Assembly (NCBI GenBank): GCA_010015585.1
Contig: ML975155.1
DNA: 64,000 nt
Strand: one strand, 5' to 3'
DNA from: Eremomyces bilateralis CBS 781.70
Lineage: Eukaryota
The notes under the pieces were generated by a model that saw nothing but the letters and a program-made list of their open reading frames with translations, had not been told where the DNA came from and did no database searches. This document shows, piece after piece, positions 34,607-48,719 of this stretch (positions are counted from its first letter, which is position 1; each line of letters opens with the position of its first letter). The position numbers were made by a program, and so were the translations under genes.

Positions 34607-37600
34607 TGTGATAGACTGTTAGCCATAAATTGAAAAGGCTATTGATCAGTAACAACATCCCACGTACAGAATGGGAGTTGGAGCCGACTGAGCCGACCGA
34701 GTCGACTAAACCGACTGGCTAGGGCTGACGAGAAACTGCCGGAGGTGGCCAATTCTTGACTGCTATATGGAAGCTGCTTGCAAGGTTGATTAGCTCTGCG
34801 GGCCCAGTGTTGATCAGAGACCGTGAAAAGAGTAAACTGAAAGAGCAAGTCGGGAATAAAGGGTAGGTTGAATGGGGAGTTGAAGGCGGGATTGAAGGAT
34901 AGATTAAAGTGATCGTGAGGCGGAATAGGTAGAAGGCACGATCAAATGGAGGTAAACTGGAACAGAGTGTCCTAGGCGCGAGTCCTAAGTCTGCCTGTTG
35001 ACCTTGCATATGATCTCGCCGTGACAGATTTTGCATGTGCACTTCATTGTGTGCTTCACAAGGATGAACGATGAAGTTGATGAGTGGGCTGAAGGCTCGT
35101 GGGAGAAAATGGGCTAAGATAGTGAAAAGCGAAGTTCAGTGATGTACCTTGACAAACCTATTGAAGTTGACTATCAATTGACTGAATATCTTCTCATAAA
35201 GCGGGAAGGAGTGATATTTCAAAAGAAAGAAGAAACAAAGAGTGGTAGAGGACGAAACAAGAAGGGTAGAGTGTTGTCAATATAACCCGTCTCAGTTCCT
35301 ATGAGGTGAACTCGTAGCAATCGCCTTGGAGCCTGGTTGAAACAGACAGTGGCTAGCGTGGTTTAGACTCTAACTTCTTCCACACAGAGCGCGAATTGTA
35401 GTCAGTTTAGGTTTCCTATTTGTAGAAACGGTTTGATACTCGCACGTGCTGTGTTGCGCCGAGATCGTTGCCCGAGCCCGCGAGGGTTATACGCAGGGTC
35501 CGGTCTAAACCATAACGAGGGGTATGAGAGTCCCGAACATTCCTATTAACAGGATACCCACACGCCCCAATTGCCTCCACAACACAGGCGATAGCCAATC
35601 TCATCCATTCGTTGCTGAATCTTCCCGAGTTACCTGGTATCATCCCCCCTGAAGCATCCAAGCGACAGGGCCAGGGAAGGGAATGGGGTACGCAAGCCTA
35701 AGGAGACGCGCTTCGGCGCCATTATCGTTGAGGCGGCCCTCACAGCCCTTGATCCATCAGCAGCGATATCTTTGATCCTTCATCGCAGAGCACGGGAGCC
35801 GTATCAGTAAGTATCCAGCATCATCGCTACTAGTACAGGGGGAGACACGATTGTCTGACTCCTCATCGCAGTACTGACTAGAGCATAACATCCTTCTTTA
35901 CGTGCCCAAATAAAATGGATACTCGGCAACTCTAGCCACATTCTATTTCCTCAACTAATCCTGAAACCCTTATGCTTTTCGCCTTGGAGAGAGTGGCACC
36001 CTTTCTTGCTTGTTTGGTTCGACGGGGAAACTGACCGATACATCGGCAACCTCGTCTTGTCTGCCAAGGGTGTCGCAACTCGCCCGTCTCTTAGAGCTGG
36101 TAAAAGAAAATTAAGGAGGGGCATGAAGACGACAGATAAGACTCGACCGGCGACAATGGAAGAGACAGCAAGAAGGATGAACTAAAACAGGTATGACCAA
36201 GAAAGGTTTTGATCACTTACCAGACTTACCGCAGCACGATCAGAGTCTAACTTACTCACTACTAATGCAACTGTTCCTAGGACATCATGTCTCACTAGAA
36301 CGCTAACAAGTCTGACATACTCCCTCTGCAAAGTCATCCAATGTTATCATCTTCAGAGCGATGTCACCACCTCCTCGGCCTTCGCCCTAAGTCCCTGTTC
36401 AGACTGGATTAGCTCTCTCACACGCCATGTTGGGACCTTGGTGCACAGGCGGAACGCTGAAATGCATATCCCTCGTTTCTATCACCTGTGTGTTGACACT
36501 TGTTGGCATATCTATGGCGTATCCGGTTCTCTGACCCCGACTCTGGCTCACGCCTCCTTGTCCCTATATACTGTTCCTAGGGAGGAGTGGATCCAGCAAT
36601 GGTACCAAGCAAGACTTGAATGTGTGTGGGACACATGCACATCCAAGACAAGTTCAGTGCGATCGCAAGATTTGATATAGCCAAAGGGGAAAACAGAATA
36701 TAGAGAAGATGAAACAGCGGCACTGGCAAGTGGGAATAAGAGTGACTGGGGCATGTGAGTTTAGGATTCATAACCCCTACAGTCCGGTTTCGCATCCAGA
36801 TCTCGTGCGGGAGGGAGGGGGTGTTCGAATGAGCCCAAGTTGGCACGAAGGATTCTTGCCCCCTGATGTCTGCGATGCCCTTCGACAGCCGCTTGGCTAG
36901 AGGTCAATCCCCTGCGTTCGTTTCAAAGGCCCTACCTCCACCGCCGTCCTTGGAGCGCAATGCCAGATTCGGCACACATTTTTAAAACCGGCAGTCCTTC
37001 CTGCTCAAGAGTTGAATACGCAAGTTCGAGTCTCGGTATATCATCTTCGCCCCCGAGATCCCATTAAATTCGACAGATTGCCAGAGACAAGCGCAGAGCC
37101 GTCCAAAGATAATCAAAAGTAAGCCGACAGAGCATGCTCTTCGCTCTTCGATCGCGCAGTTGCTGTTCGAGGTTCGATTAAAGTTGGCACGAGTTGGATG
37201 ACCAGTTTCCATAGTGGAACCAGTGGTGGTGATCTGGTGGCGCGTTTCTGGCGGTCTAATTGGGTCGGATCTCGGAAGTCCCATTTTGCTGGGTGCTAGA
37301 CTTGGTAGGTGCCATGGAAATGGCAAGGGGGTGGCTCACTTGCGCTGTCTTTCGATTTCAAGCTCAAATCGGCGAGATGGAGGGTTTCTTGAACACGGTC
37401 TCGATGAATCCTCAAATTCGAAGACAATCAGATGAAGAGTAATGGCAATTGGCAAATGCTGTTGATCAGGTCGAGAAGTTCATGGCGAAAGGGGGAGAGT
37501 TTGACGCGATCACCCGAACAGTCACTTTTCAACGCTGATATTCTACTGATTCTTTTAGGTTCGATGTTGACTAAGTCACTTGTAGGAAAGTTTTTATTGC

Positions 37601-37759
37601 GAACTCGATGTCTTTACTTGATGAATATACTATCTGATGGACACTGTTTCGCTATTGGTAATGCCTCATGCGAAAAGTTGGGTAGGAAACGAGCCATACT
37701 TCTAGAAAACTTGATCCAGCGAATCCTTGAAATAGACACCAATGTCGCAGACAATCGCA

Positions 37760-38950
37760 TTACATCCAACTAGCTCCTTCTGGTCCCATTCCAGCCTCAA
37801 CAAGCCCAATATCCATACTCCTGCCTCCATTGCCCGGAATCATTACATCTGGGTGAACATGGTTGTGTTGAATTGACATTGGATCGTCTCGAATCGTGGT
37901 CGGAAGTCGTGGATAGTCATACCTCACCAACGGCATCTGCATCTGGTTCATCTGACCCATCTGAATCGGATAATCTTGTTGAACATGCTCCTCTGCAATC
38001 TCCTGCTTAATCGTCGGGATTCTCGCATACACAGCCAGATGTTCAGTTTCATAATCGGCTTCAGACTCCCGTTTGATTGGCGGCATCGAGTCTCGGTAGG
38101 ATGGATCAGCGGTCGACTGCTCCTGATTCCCACCAAATGCTGAGATCAGATCTGGAAGTTGCGTGGAGGCGGTATGATCTGCGACCGCTTGAATTGGTTC
38201 GCTTTCCACGGGAGTCGATACAGTTGGTGCCGTCTCATTCCTCATGCCCACCACCGGCACTTCAGGTTCCAACCCGCCCATTGTCTCTGTTCTCGGTACC
38301 GCCGGCAGAATATTCATGAATGGGCTCTGGGGAACGATGCCCGGCGGTGAAAGTGTGGCAGACTGGGAACCTTCTGCGGCAAATGTATTGTGCTCCGCTG
38401 GAATCGAGGGCACCACCTGCATCGGGTCGCTCTTGATCAATGGTTCAGATTTGAAGGCTGTCCATTGGCCGTTGGTCCCATTTTCTACTCTCAGTCTCCG
38501 CTTCCGTTCCTCAGACACAAGCCAGATTGGTACATCTTCGTCATCAGACTCTGGCATTCCCTTGGCATCTACTCGCCTTCCCCCTGTCTTCGAAAGATAC
38601 GCATCCTCCTCGCCCCACGGCCTTCGAGGGGGGCGCCCGCGAGGGTTTCCGGTCGGCAGACGTCGTGGGAGAGTACCTTCCATTTGCTGTCGGAAGCGAG
38701 AGAAACGCATGCGAGCGGCATGGCCGTTTGTGATATGGTGACGTCGAGCGACTTCGTTCCAATCGATCTATATCAGTTAGCAAAGCACATGGTCAACACC
38801 CACTAGAAACACAGAATATGCGATTATCATACGTACGATTTTGAGGTCAAGCTGTCGAAGCATTGAATAGCAGAACCTATTGTGTGTTAGGAGCGGTCAT
38901 ACGTCATGGGTAAGAGGAACTTACTGTGCCATTTCCTTATCTGTTGGCAT
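37760..38950 (-). CDS. Fungal Myb-like DNA-binding domain protein with AT-hook, 3 exons
   Basis: Spliced MPTDKEMAQFCYSMLRQLDLKIIDWNEVARRHHITNGHAARMRFSRFRQQMEG, then PRGRPPR and IK(R/Q)E motifs. Confidence 0.85.
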
Positions 38951-39823
38951 GTTGGCGACAAATGGGACTGGTATAGTGCTTGGTGATGGATACAACTGGC
39001 GGAATACAGCTTGTTGATTGAGAAAATGGAATAACATGGTAGAACTGGGTTGTTCAAGCCTTATAAGCTGGGCATTGAAATCTGGGATTTTCATACGGCA
39101 ATTGGATTCAGAATGCAACTGAAGTTCATGGCACTGGAGGGACACTTGCAGTCTTGTCTAGATGCATGAGATGATGGGATGTTATACATTTCTTTGAACT
39201 TCTTTGACATCATGGCCATCCGGGTCGTATAGTTGCGTACTTCGCTGGGTTTCCTTCTCCAAATAATATCGAGTTTGCTTTCCACTTCAATCTATATCAT
39301 GACAAATTGCTGGCATCTTTATCAAAAGCACCTATCTTTATTGGTGTCGGACCAGGTTTGCCTGTAGGAAGTACTGCTCATATCTGCTACAGGCTCTGGA
39401 TTTACGACCTGGTGTTGTTTAGTTCTCGCCTTCTCGGATTACGGTGAACCCAACCTCCTCCAAGCACCCATTCTTTAGACCCTCCCTTGAACGATGGGGA
39501 GAACTGTTTGCAATTTACGATAGAACCTAGTCTAGGTGGTTTGGGATTGTTCGTTTCATGCGCAGGAGGGGAGAATGAAGCCTCTCCGGACTGCTTGCCA
39601 ACACGTCCAGCGTCGATCGACATGCTGCTTTATGAGAACAATGCGATTGGATAATTCTATGATGCATTCGAGCAGGTTAACAAAGATATGCTGCATTCAG
39701 TAGTCCATATTCCCTGCATTTAATGAAGTCCACCTGCAGCCTAGGGGTGCCCATACTTGCAGTGACGATACGGATTATACCTGAGGAAACTCATTGATCA
39801 GTGAGATGAGTCGGCTACGTGCC

Positions 39824-41912
39824 CTACCAAGAAAAGGCATCGACCTCTAACTCAATCTCAGTCTTTCCGGCCCGACCAGCTCTAACAACAGCAGCCCGAA
39901 CATCGTCACAGAGCCCTGGCGGTCCGCAGACTACCACGCCGATCCTCTTCCAACCAGCCTCAATTTCACTATTCAGTACCTCCTCTGCCACGAATCTTTT
40001 GCCTAAGCGCACTTCCTTCTCCACTCCAGCCCCTAACTGCTCCTCCACATCAGCCACCAAACCAGCATACTTTTCTTTAACACCCCAATACAGCTTGGTG
40101 TTCACATGACCCGAAGAAAGATATGCCAGCAAGCCGGTGATGCCAATGCCTCCTCCAATGACAACGACTCTGTCGCTGCTCAAGATAGTCACGGATGATC
40201 GATTCCCGTATGGCCCTTCCACAAGACAAGGGAGAACTAAACCGGGACGCAGCATACTCGTGAGGCCGGTAGCCCCTCGAATGTAGAAGCGGAGTCCGAC
40301 AATGCTCTCTTTTCTCGAGTGTTGGCCGACGGTCACCGTAGCATTCGCAGATTTCTCTGCATCTCCAAATTTTTGGTTGGGGCCTCCACTTGATGCATCG
40401 CTTTCTTGATACGGCAGACGAAGCTGAAGTGGCGAGACGGAGAACGGGTGACTCTCCCACACACGAAATGAAAGGGTAGGGAAAAGGAGATAGGCATGTA
40501 ACCCTGGTTTAACGTGCCAGCGGACACCGGGTATGTCAACACGGATGATGCCCGGGCAGACTTCTGTGGTATGAGCTTGCTTCAATCCAGTATATGCAAT
40601 CCGCCCAACACGGAGGATGCGATCGAAAGCCCATACGGCGATGGCCGCATACAACCACAATTCATAACCCCATTTGCGATAGAAAAGGAGCTCTACGTGA
40701 TACCAGGAGCCAACGATGCAGAAGATTGCAAGGACAATATGGAGGATTAGAAAAATCTCATAGGAGATTCGTCGGAACCAGAGAACTGAAACAGTGACGA
40801 GCAACACGGTCGTCATGGTCGCGACGATGCCCCAAGCCCAGTATGCCTTGACCAGCTCTTCTTTGTACGATCCCATGCCGATGTAAAGTTGCAGCTCCAC
40901 AATTGAGTGAAGGATGACTTGCAGCGCAAAAGCGCGCCCAACCCAGCGGTGCAGCAGCAAGAAGGTTGAATGGGACCAGTTGGTGCACCACAGTAAGATG
41001 TTATTACGCGAGGAGAAGAGCAGCAGCAATGGTAATATCGCAAAGGCCAAAACACCGGTTCGGCATGAGACGTATGCCATTATCTCCTGCCATCGATTTG
41101 GGAACCAGCTATTTGGTTGAGTGGATCGATAGCCTCCCGCTGTGAGGACAATATTCAGGATAAAGAAGATCGCGATGTATATTGACTGTCCGACAAGAGG
41201 TGGATTACCAATTAGCCATGGAAGTGAGCGAACGTGGTAGCCCGGAATGGAGAATGGGTAGAGAATGTATGGCTTAGATCGCTCCATTGCGGTTCCTATG
41301 AAGGGGACAAAGCCAGCAAGGGTCGCAACGATCGGAATACCGAAGCCAACAATAAGTATGACAAGCCTATATCTCATCAGTCATTGAACATTTCCTTTGC
41401 GGTCGTATCGACGCCTACCCATATCTGGCATGTAATGTCTCTTGCTCTTCAAAGTACAATTCCGCCATTGTCTCGATCTTCCACGATGCGTCCGTTATGA
41501 GACCAGTGAAGTCCAGAGTATCTTCCTTTTTCGGCACACGAGTGGGCTCTTTGCGAACTGTCGCCAACGTCTCCTCATAATCCATAACTGGATGGACTGA
41601 TTTGTCAGTTGTGCTTTTCTCCCACCACCACTGCTCCAAGCGCCATGCCTCGATGTTGGAAGGAGCACACTTCGACTTCATGCAGTAAGCTAGTGTCGTT
41701 AGGTATGAAGTGTCATTCGCTCGACACTCAGGGGTAGTTGACATCGGGCCGCCCCCATGATGGTCACCTTTTCCGTGAGTGGAACAGACAAGAGGGAATT
41801 TCTGAATGGTACGTCCACATGCACTTGCGCAAACCGGATCGTACATGATGATTCCATGACCGATGAAGGCCACAGTGTGAGCGGCGAGACTGAGATATAA
41901 TAGCTTCCGCAT
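39824..41912 (-). CDS. Ferric reductase transmembrane component (FRE family), 1 intron
   Basis: Signal peptide and Cys-rich ectodomain; SRNN, LLHRWVGR, HPFS, EGPYG, GGGIGIT, VVCGPPGLCDDVR, DAFSW. Confidence 0.93.
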
Positions 41913-42954
41913 CCTTCAATTGGGAATATAAACTTGGATTGCAATCTGTCGTCATGGGTTCGCGATCAGGACTGTTCATCAAAAGCACCAGAGGGGCCCT
42001 CTGCTGCTGTATCAGTTCAATAGCCACGCAAATGCTGGGCAAGCGATGAAAAACGATTGAAAAGGCCACATCCAGAACGCGACGGGCACGACTTTAACTA
42101 CCTTATCCCCCAAACTCGCACATGCCATTGACCAATGGGAATATTCTCAAATTAACTCACCTGAGCAAGTTTGTCGTGGCGTTACTTCCTAGAAAGCTTG
42201 TTTATACAACACCGTACAAGGACTTGCAGGCCAAGACAAATGTACTACCCGATGACCGTCTTGGCCACCGCACGAGTCACCGCGTGAAGTTATCATCGAA
42301 ACCGTTCCAAGATCTTTCGTGCCCTAGAAGTGCCCCGAATGCAAGCCACCAGAGTATCATCCGACCGCTTCCCACACGCTCCTAACGTGGCATGGTGACA
42401 TTTCGGGGACGCCCTCCTTCGGGCAACTCGATAACGAACTGGGTGTCGGTGAATTCTAGGAGCGTTAGCAAATTGGACGAGTCCTTCAAATGGGATTCCT
42501 AACAAACGATCTGGATCGTCCTGGTGATGGCCTTCTCCATCCAGAGAGGGACGTCTCCGTGTGCGGCCGTAAGCTACTCGCTGAAACTGCGATTGCGGGC
42601 CGTCCTCTAGTCTACAGTCTACGCCCTTCTGCCGTCAACAGAGGAACAGGGAGTACCTACTAACGAAGCTCAGAACAGGTGATCACCGTAGGCCTTAACG
42701 AGGTAAAAACTTAGTGCATGAAGTGGTAATTACTAATAACACGCCTAAAGACATTATGAATAAGTGAAGGTCCTTTAAAAGTCTGAGGAAACGAAATATT
42801 GTAAATACATAATTGGCGGTGATAAACCGTCAGCCAGAAAACATCGAATTCGTTCTTCGATCACCTCAAGAAGTCGAAACCGTTAAGAGAGAGGCCCCAT
42901 AGACCAATATCCATAAACGATCTCTTCGAGACGTCAAACCGATTACAAGAGAAG

Positions 42955-43070
42955 TGTAAGGGTCTCACTGTAGGGAATCTCCAATCATGAGGCAAACGTA
43001 GAATTGTTGCTATGAGGGAGGGATCTATCTAAAGGTGTGCAAGGCGTTATATGTTTGGTGCTGCCCTTCA
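42955..43070 (-). mobile_element. Solo LTR-like remnant, copy 3
   Basis: Shares ~60 bp with 5795-5855 and 7824-7880; tgtaaggg...cccttca ends; TATAA on minus strand; no TSD seen. Confidence 0.55.
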
Positions 43071-43278
43071 CGGCTTGTGGGAGGCCGTCGTGGGCGTCAG
43101 GCAATAATGTTGATTCCTCAGGCCAATTAAAATAAATGTCATGAATGCATGCTCAACTGTGATTGGCTCTCCACGCGTCGCGCTTTGGAGCTTCAAAGTG
43201 TTGACAACCTTCAGCCCGATATTGGGGAGTCCACATACAAATAGGAAAATATCTCGATATCCCGGTGCAAACCCATTA

Positions 43279-43318
43279 ATCCAACCCTTCAATCCAACCC
43301 TTCAATCCAACCCTTCAA
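43279..43318 (+). repeat. 13-bp tandem repeat x3 upstream of CENP-A
   Basis: (atccaacccttca)x3. Confidence 0.85.
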
Positions 43319-43626
43319 GTCAGTGAGGCTGTTCGCCAACGTCTTGCTATCAACAATCGATCCATCTGCTTGGGACATAGGGAATCGACAACCGCCTCGC
43401 AACCAGAGCATCTCGACCCTCGTAACTCCCTGCTTTTGCGCAGCAGCGCACATTACCCGGAGCTATCAATCGTCGCCGCACAATTCGGCTTGTCCCGGCG
43501 CTCAATTCATCCTAGTGTACACATCCAGAGACATATGATGTGGAGTCCCTGAGCCTCGCTGCTCGTTACGTTCCCGCCATCCCTGGACCATCTTCACGAC
43601 TTCGGGCCCCTATCGAACCTCGCACC

Positions 43627-44286
43627 ATGCCCCCGAAGGCCCATCGGCCCGGTCAAGCCTACGCCGTAGGTGGCTCCGGCAAGCGACCATCGAAAATTGG
43701 TAGAACGACCGCAAGAAAAACGAATCGAAGCGCTGGTGGATCAAATACGCCCCAGCGGCGGAAGAAAGGCGGGGTTGAACGTATGTTTACATCCAGTCTC
43801 AATTTGGCCCATCACGAGCTTGGAAGCTGGCCCGGAGGCGCTATGTAGAACTTGAGCTAATCGCGAATCCAATACACAGCTGGCGACCCTGTCCCGAAGA
43901 AACAACATCGTTGGAAGCCGGGGACGCTTGCGCTCCGGGAAATTCGGCGATATCAACGAAGTACCGACCTACTCCTTGCGAAACTCCCCTTCGCTCGTCT
44001 GGTATGTTCGCTTCGCTCTCCTCACGGCACCACTGCCCGCAGTGTTGATACATGGCTGATGGGTCTCTAGGTCCGCGAAGTCGCGCTGCAAATGATCCAA
44101 CCGGGCGATGTCCTTCGCTGGCAATCACAAGCAATCCAGGCACTCCAGGAAGCCGCCGAGGCATTCCTAGTCCATCTATTCGAGGACACCAATCTGTGTG
44201 CAGTACATGCGAAGCGGGTTACGATCATGCAGAAAGACATACAGTTAGCCCGGAGAATTCGAGGCGCCTGGGGTGGTTCGGGTTGA
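43627..44286 (+). CDS. CSE4: Centromeric histone H3 variant CENP-A, introns 43781-43879 and 44002-44070
   Basis: Divergent N-tail; [97 protein letters not shown] in RWQS and long loop 1. Confidence 0.93.
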
Positions 44287-44653
44287 TGTCTTAGGTATTG
44301 CATTTTATTTTCGGGTTGGCTGCAATAGTAGCTGTTATCTATGCGGCGTCGCTGGACGGGTTGTCTGGTAAGCGAAGGAGTTTGGGATTGAGGTCATCCG
44401 AACACGGAGAACACATGGGGACCAGTACAAACCGAGGGACCTGCCGGATGGGAGATACCGGGTATTCTGATGGAAAAAGATCCGAATGCTGTTGCAATGC
44501 AAGGGATCATTCTATTCAATAATTTACAACACTACGGCTTCATCAGTCATACCGACATATTGACGAAAAGTCAGAAACTCGCTCAAGGAACCGTTCAAAG
44601 CATGTGTACCTGGAGGAATGTGCGTGCATAATATTGGAACAATGCTCCCCAAA

Positions 44654-46667
44654 CTATCTGCTCTTCTTATCCTCGACCTTCTTGACCGCCTCCTCTTTCA
44701 CGTCAGCCTTCAAGCCGTCCACAATTTGTCCAGTGCCTCGGCCTGTTTTCGTGGTCTCGTCTCCCAGGGCATGCCCTAACTCCTTGACCTTCTCCTCCAG
44801 AATGCCACGAATATCCGTCAAGGTCAGCGCCTGGCCTCCTCTTTGGGCCCGGATTTTGTTGAGCTCCGCCTTGACCTCTTCAACAATCTCATCAATATCT
44901 CCTTCGGGATCTTCGGGGAGGCCCAGCGTTCTGCCACCTGCCTCATGGCTTGTGGTCCGCGACACTGGCGGCCGTTTCCCTGGAGCAAGACCTTGACGTC
45001 GTTTGGCGGCGGCGGCGAGCTGCTTTGCGAATGGGGTGAGGAGGAAGAGTTGGCAAAACGCTACTCCCACAATACAATACCAATACACACCCGACCAAGC
45101 GCGTAGAGAGCCGTCAAGGGTAAGGATAATGAACGGTGCGACGACGAACGCGAATGCGGTCTGGGTGATGAACCACGTGAAAGCGTCATATACCCACTTA
45201 TATTTGGTCGGACTGGGCTCGTTGTTTGCATCCACGTTCTGATAATCCAAGAAGAATGGTCGCACAAGGCGCCGGCCATCTGAATATATGTTAGCCTTCA
45301 TCGACGCGCAAAAGAAAGAGGGCGTTGCTCACGTTTAGCCATTGTTTGCAGAAACGATGCTAAGACGAAGGCTAAGTAGTAGCCTGGAAAGAAACCATGC
45401 CACATTGCACTCGCACTGAAGGTCGCTAGGGACGCCCGGAAACCAGGTTTCTTTCCCTTCGGAGTAACGCGAAGATACACGTAATTTCGAAGCCAGTTGT
45501 TGGTGTTCAAGTTCCAATTTCCAAGATAGGCTCGGACATTCTGCGCAGTTTCGACTCCTATCGGTCTGATGTTTTGGAGGCGGTTCCAATTTGCTTGTCC
45601 TGTTTTGGGGTCAACGCCTCCATATCCGATTCCGGAAAGAATGCAAGCCCCCTCGGTAAGAGACCATACACCATAGTACTTCGCCCGCGTGGTGAAACCG
45701 AGCATATGGAGGATAAAGACTCGGTGGAAGAAGTTTTTTTCCATGAAACTGTCAGACACAACGGTGACATTGTTATACCTTCCAACCAGCTGCAAGAAAA
45801 TCACGATCCAGAAGATTCCCTCGGCAGCTTTCCGCATTGCTGGCCAGTGGCTTTGCGGGACTCTTCGCTTCTTGCGAGTTCGGGGCGCCTTGGATGGATC
45901 GGTACCCGGAGGAAGCTCGAACATACTGGTGTTGATGTACCGTGTATAATCAACGTAGTCAAAAGATGGTCCACCCATTAGGGATGGGAAAAAGAGAAAG
46001 TAACCAGCATAATCCAGGAGGCCCGGCATTTGCTTGATTGCCCGGTCTCGTTGATGCTCCGATAGCTCCGAATCTGGGAATTTGCCATCGTGCACATTCC
46101 AGGCGAAGGAGGAAAGCTTCATGAGGAGAACCATTTGTGCACCAGTGACGTCAACTGCTGCCGGATTGTTGACGAACTGTCGTTCGAGGTGACTGATGGA
46201 CAGGTGTCCCATCAGGAATGCGAACGCAAGCCATGGCATGAGCGAGCCTTGGACATATTTCGCAATGAGATACGTCGCTGCGGCACTACAAAAGAGCGTT
46301 CGGAGTCCAGCCCACAAGTCAAACAGACCAACAAGGTAAAACAAGGAGACACTGGTCAGTTAGCACAGGCTGCTGGGACGGAGATCAAAAAGTACCTGAT
46401 GCTGAATACATTCTTCTGCCACGGCTTGGTGTCCGGGATCCGTTTCAATACCCCTGCGAGAGGATAGGAAATCAAAAAAGAGAAGATGAGCTTCACTGCC
46501 TCATATATGTCAACTCATGATGCTAGTTCGAGGATATTGAGAAGCATACGCTCGTCTGTCGAAGCACCGAGTTTCCCCCCGAGATAGGCAAAGGCTACAT
46601 TCTGTCAGGCTTGATGCTCAAATAATATCAAGTATTGCAGCTTACGAGCATCAATTCCAGGGATCAT
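44654..46667 (-). CDS. ALE1: MBOAT lysophospholipid acyltransferase, multi-exon
   Basis: TGAQMVLLMKLSSFAWN, WNLNTNNWLRNYVYLR, SAMWHGFFPGYY. Confidence 0.93.
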
Positions 46668-47129
46668 GTTGGGAATAGGTTCTGTTGAAGTCAAATAGGG
46701 AGAGGTGCGATTCGGGATATTCACAGCATTGCGCTATCCCAGGCGACAATCGACGGATCAGAGGATTCGGGTACTTGGATTTGAGAAAGATAAAGGACCA
46801 TAGATCGGTATACATATAGAAGAGAATTCGGGTTACAAAGGAGAACTGTAACGGAATTCTTGGACTTTATAAGAAGTTCATCTGGTGTACAGCTGTGCTG
46901 CGAACCAAAATGACGTTGTGACCAAAAGGTAAAAGCCAACTGTCCAGTCGCTTCAATGCTGGGGTTCACTCGGCGCACCATAGCAACCAATAGCGCACCT
47001 TGCGTCGACTTCATCCCATGGCCATTTCTTGGGTCAAAGCATGCAGCACCCCAAATATCATGCTGGAGTTGTTCGACCGTCTCCCGAAAGTACTGCTTCA
47101 TACATATTCAAACCCCACATGCCTTGACA

Positions 47130-48719
47130 ATGAGTACTTCCTATAACCTCGAACCGCCGCCAACGGCACAGGTGACCCTCCATACAACCACCGGCGACAT
47201 CGACATCGAGCTCTTCGGCAAGCAGGCGCCTCTCGCGACTAGAAACTTCCTCCAGCACTGCCTGGACGGCTACTACGATGGGACCATCTTCCACCGCCTG
47301 GTCCCAGGCTTTGTCATCCAAGGCGGCGATCCCACAGGAACAGGGACGGGTGGTGAGAGTTCCTTTGAAGATGGGCTGCCTTTTGCGGATGAATTCCATA
47401 CCCGGCTGAAGTTCAATCGGAGAGGTCTGGTAGGGATGGCAAATAGCGGTGGGAAAGATGAGAATGCGAGCCAATTCTTCATCACGTTGGGGGAGACCAT
47501 GGAGCTGACGGGGAAGAATACGCTATTTGGACGAGTGATTCAGAATACCATTTATACGGTCACGAATATGGCAGATATGGAGTTAGTAGAGGGATCCGAA
47601 AGGCCGCTGTACCCAGCCAAGATCACTGGAACGAAAATCCTCATCAATCCTTTCCCCGACATGGTGAAACGAGTAAGAGAAGCGCCGCGAGTTATCGATC
47701 AAGATGAAGGGAAAAGGAAAGGCAAGCGGAAGAAGGCGAAGAAGGCATTGCTAAGTTTCGGGGATGAAGAGGATTTTGACGAGGTCGCACCTGTGTCAAA
47801 GAAGCCGAAATACAATGCTAAGCTCATCAGCGGATCGGCGGCGGGTATCAAGGTCCCAGTCCCCGAGCAGCAGAACATGCGGAAACTGGAGAGGAGTGCA
47901 AGTCCTCCTACCAAGGGCCATCAAAGGACGACACCTTCGCCTCCGCCCCGGCCAAGAGACACGAAACTGCCCGCTCGCTCCAAGAAGAGCCCGTCGCCAT
48001 CCAGATCCCCGTCCCCATCTCTGTCTCCTTCTCCCGAACCGTCACATCGCGAACGAGGAAGACGGAAATCGGATGTTGAAACAACGCGTGCCCAGATCGA
48101 GGCTCTCAAAGCAAGCATGAAGCGATCTAGTCCAAACAGGGAGGAGGCAGTCGAAGCACCGGAGGAAGATCCATTCAAAGCGATGGTCCCTAAGACCGCT
48201 ATCCGCGGGCGTAAGCGACGTGCTGGAGCCAACGGAAAGGATGAGGAGCGCACGCTGGCACTACTGAACAGATTCAAGGCGACGCTCGACGCTGCCGATC
48301 CGGAATTGGAAGAAGTCAACGAACCGGCCGAATTAGGCGACAAACTCAAAGGCATGACCGATGTTAGTGAAGAAATCCACACCAATGGCATGCCTACAGG
48401 TAGTGCAGAAGACGAAGAAGACGTCTGCGACTTGCACTTTGTAGCTGGATGTCAAAGTTGCGCCAGTTGGGAGACTCAACTTGCTGCTCAGGAGGCGAAG
48501 GAGGCCGAATCAGATCTAGGCTGGATGAGCCATCGGTTGACGTTTGAGAGAGATCGGCTGGGTAAAAGTTTGGAGTGGAAGAGGAAGAATGAAGAAGAGC
48601 TAGTCGTGATCGATCCGAGGGAGAAGACTGAAGAGCTCAAAAAGGCGAAGAAAGGGGGAGGTAGAGGTGGTGATTGGAAAGAGAGGAGAGATAAGACTGG
48701 GGATTACAGGAAGCGGTAG
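47130..48719 (+). CDS. CWC27: Spliceosomal cyclophilin Cwc27
   Basis: MSTSYNLEPPPTAQVTLHTT, FHRLVPGFVIQGGDPTGTG, CDLHFVAGCQSC, WMSHRLTF, VVIDPREK. Confidence 0.93.
   Translation: MSTSYNLEPPPTAQVTLHTTTGDIDIELFGKQAPLATRNFLQHCLDGYYDGTIFHRLVPGFVIQGGDPTGTGTGGESSFEDGLPFADEFHTRLKFNRRGLVGMANSGGKDENASQFFITLGETMELTGKNTLFGRVIQNTIYTVTNMADMELVEGSERPLYPAKITGTKILINPFPDMVKRVREAPRVIDQDEGKRKGKRKKAKKALLSFGDEEDFDEVAPVSKKPKYNAKLISGSAAGIKVPVPEQQNMRKLERSASPPTKGHQRTTPSPPPRPRDTKLPARSKKSPSPSRSPSPSLSPSPEPSHRERGRRKSDVETTRAQIEALKASMKRSSPNREEAVEAPEEDPFKAMVPKTAIRGRKRRAGANGKDEERTLALLNRFKATLDAADPELEEVNEPAELGDKLKGMTDVSEEIHTNGMPTGSAEDEEDVCDLHFVAGCQSCASWETQLAAQEAKEAESDLGWMSHRLTFERDRLGKSLEWKRKNEEELVVIDPREKTEELKKAKKGGGRGGDWKERRDKTGDYRKR

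Noticed and set aside
46956..47129. 58-aa N-terminal extension of Cwc27
   Set aside because: The conserved start is MSTSYNLEP at 47130; the extension looks like promoter/UTR sequence.
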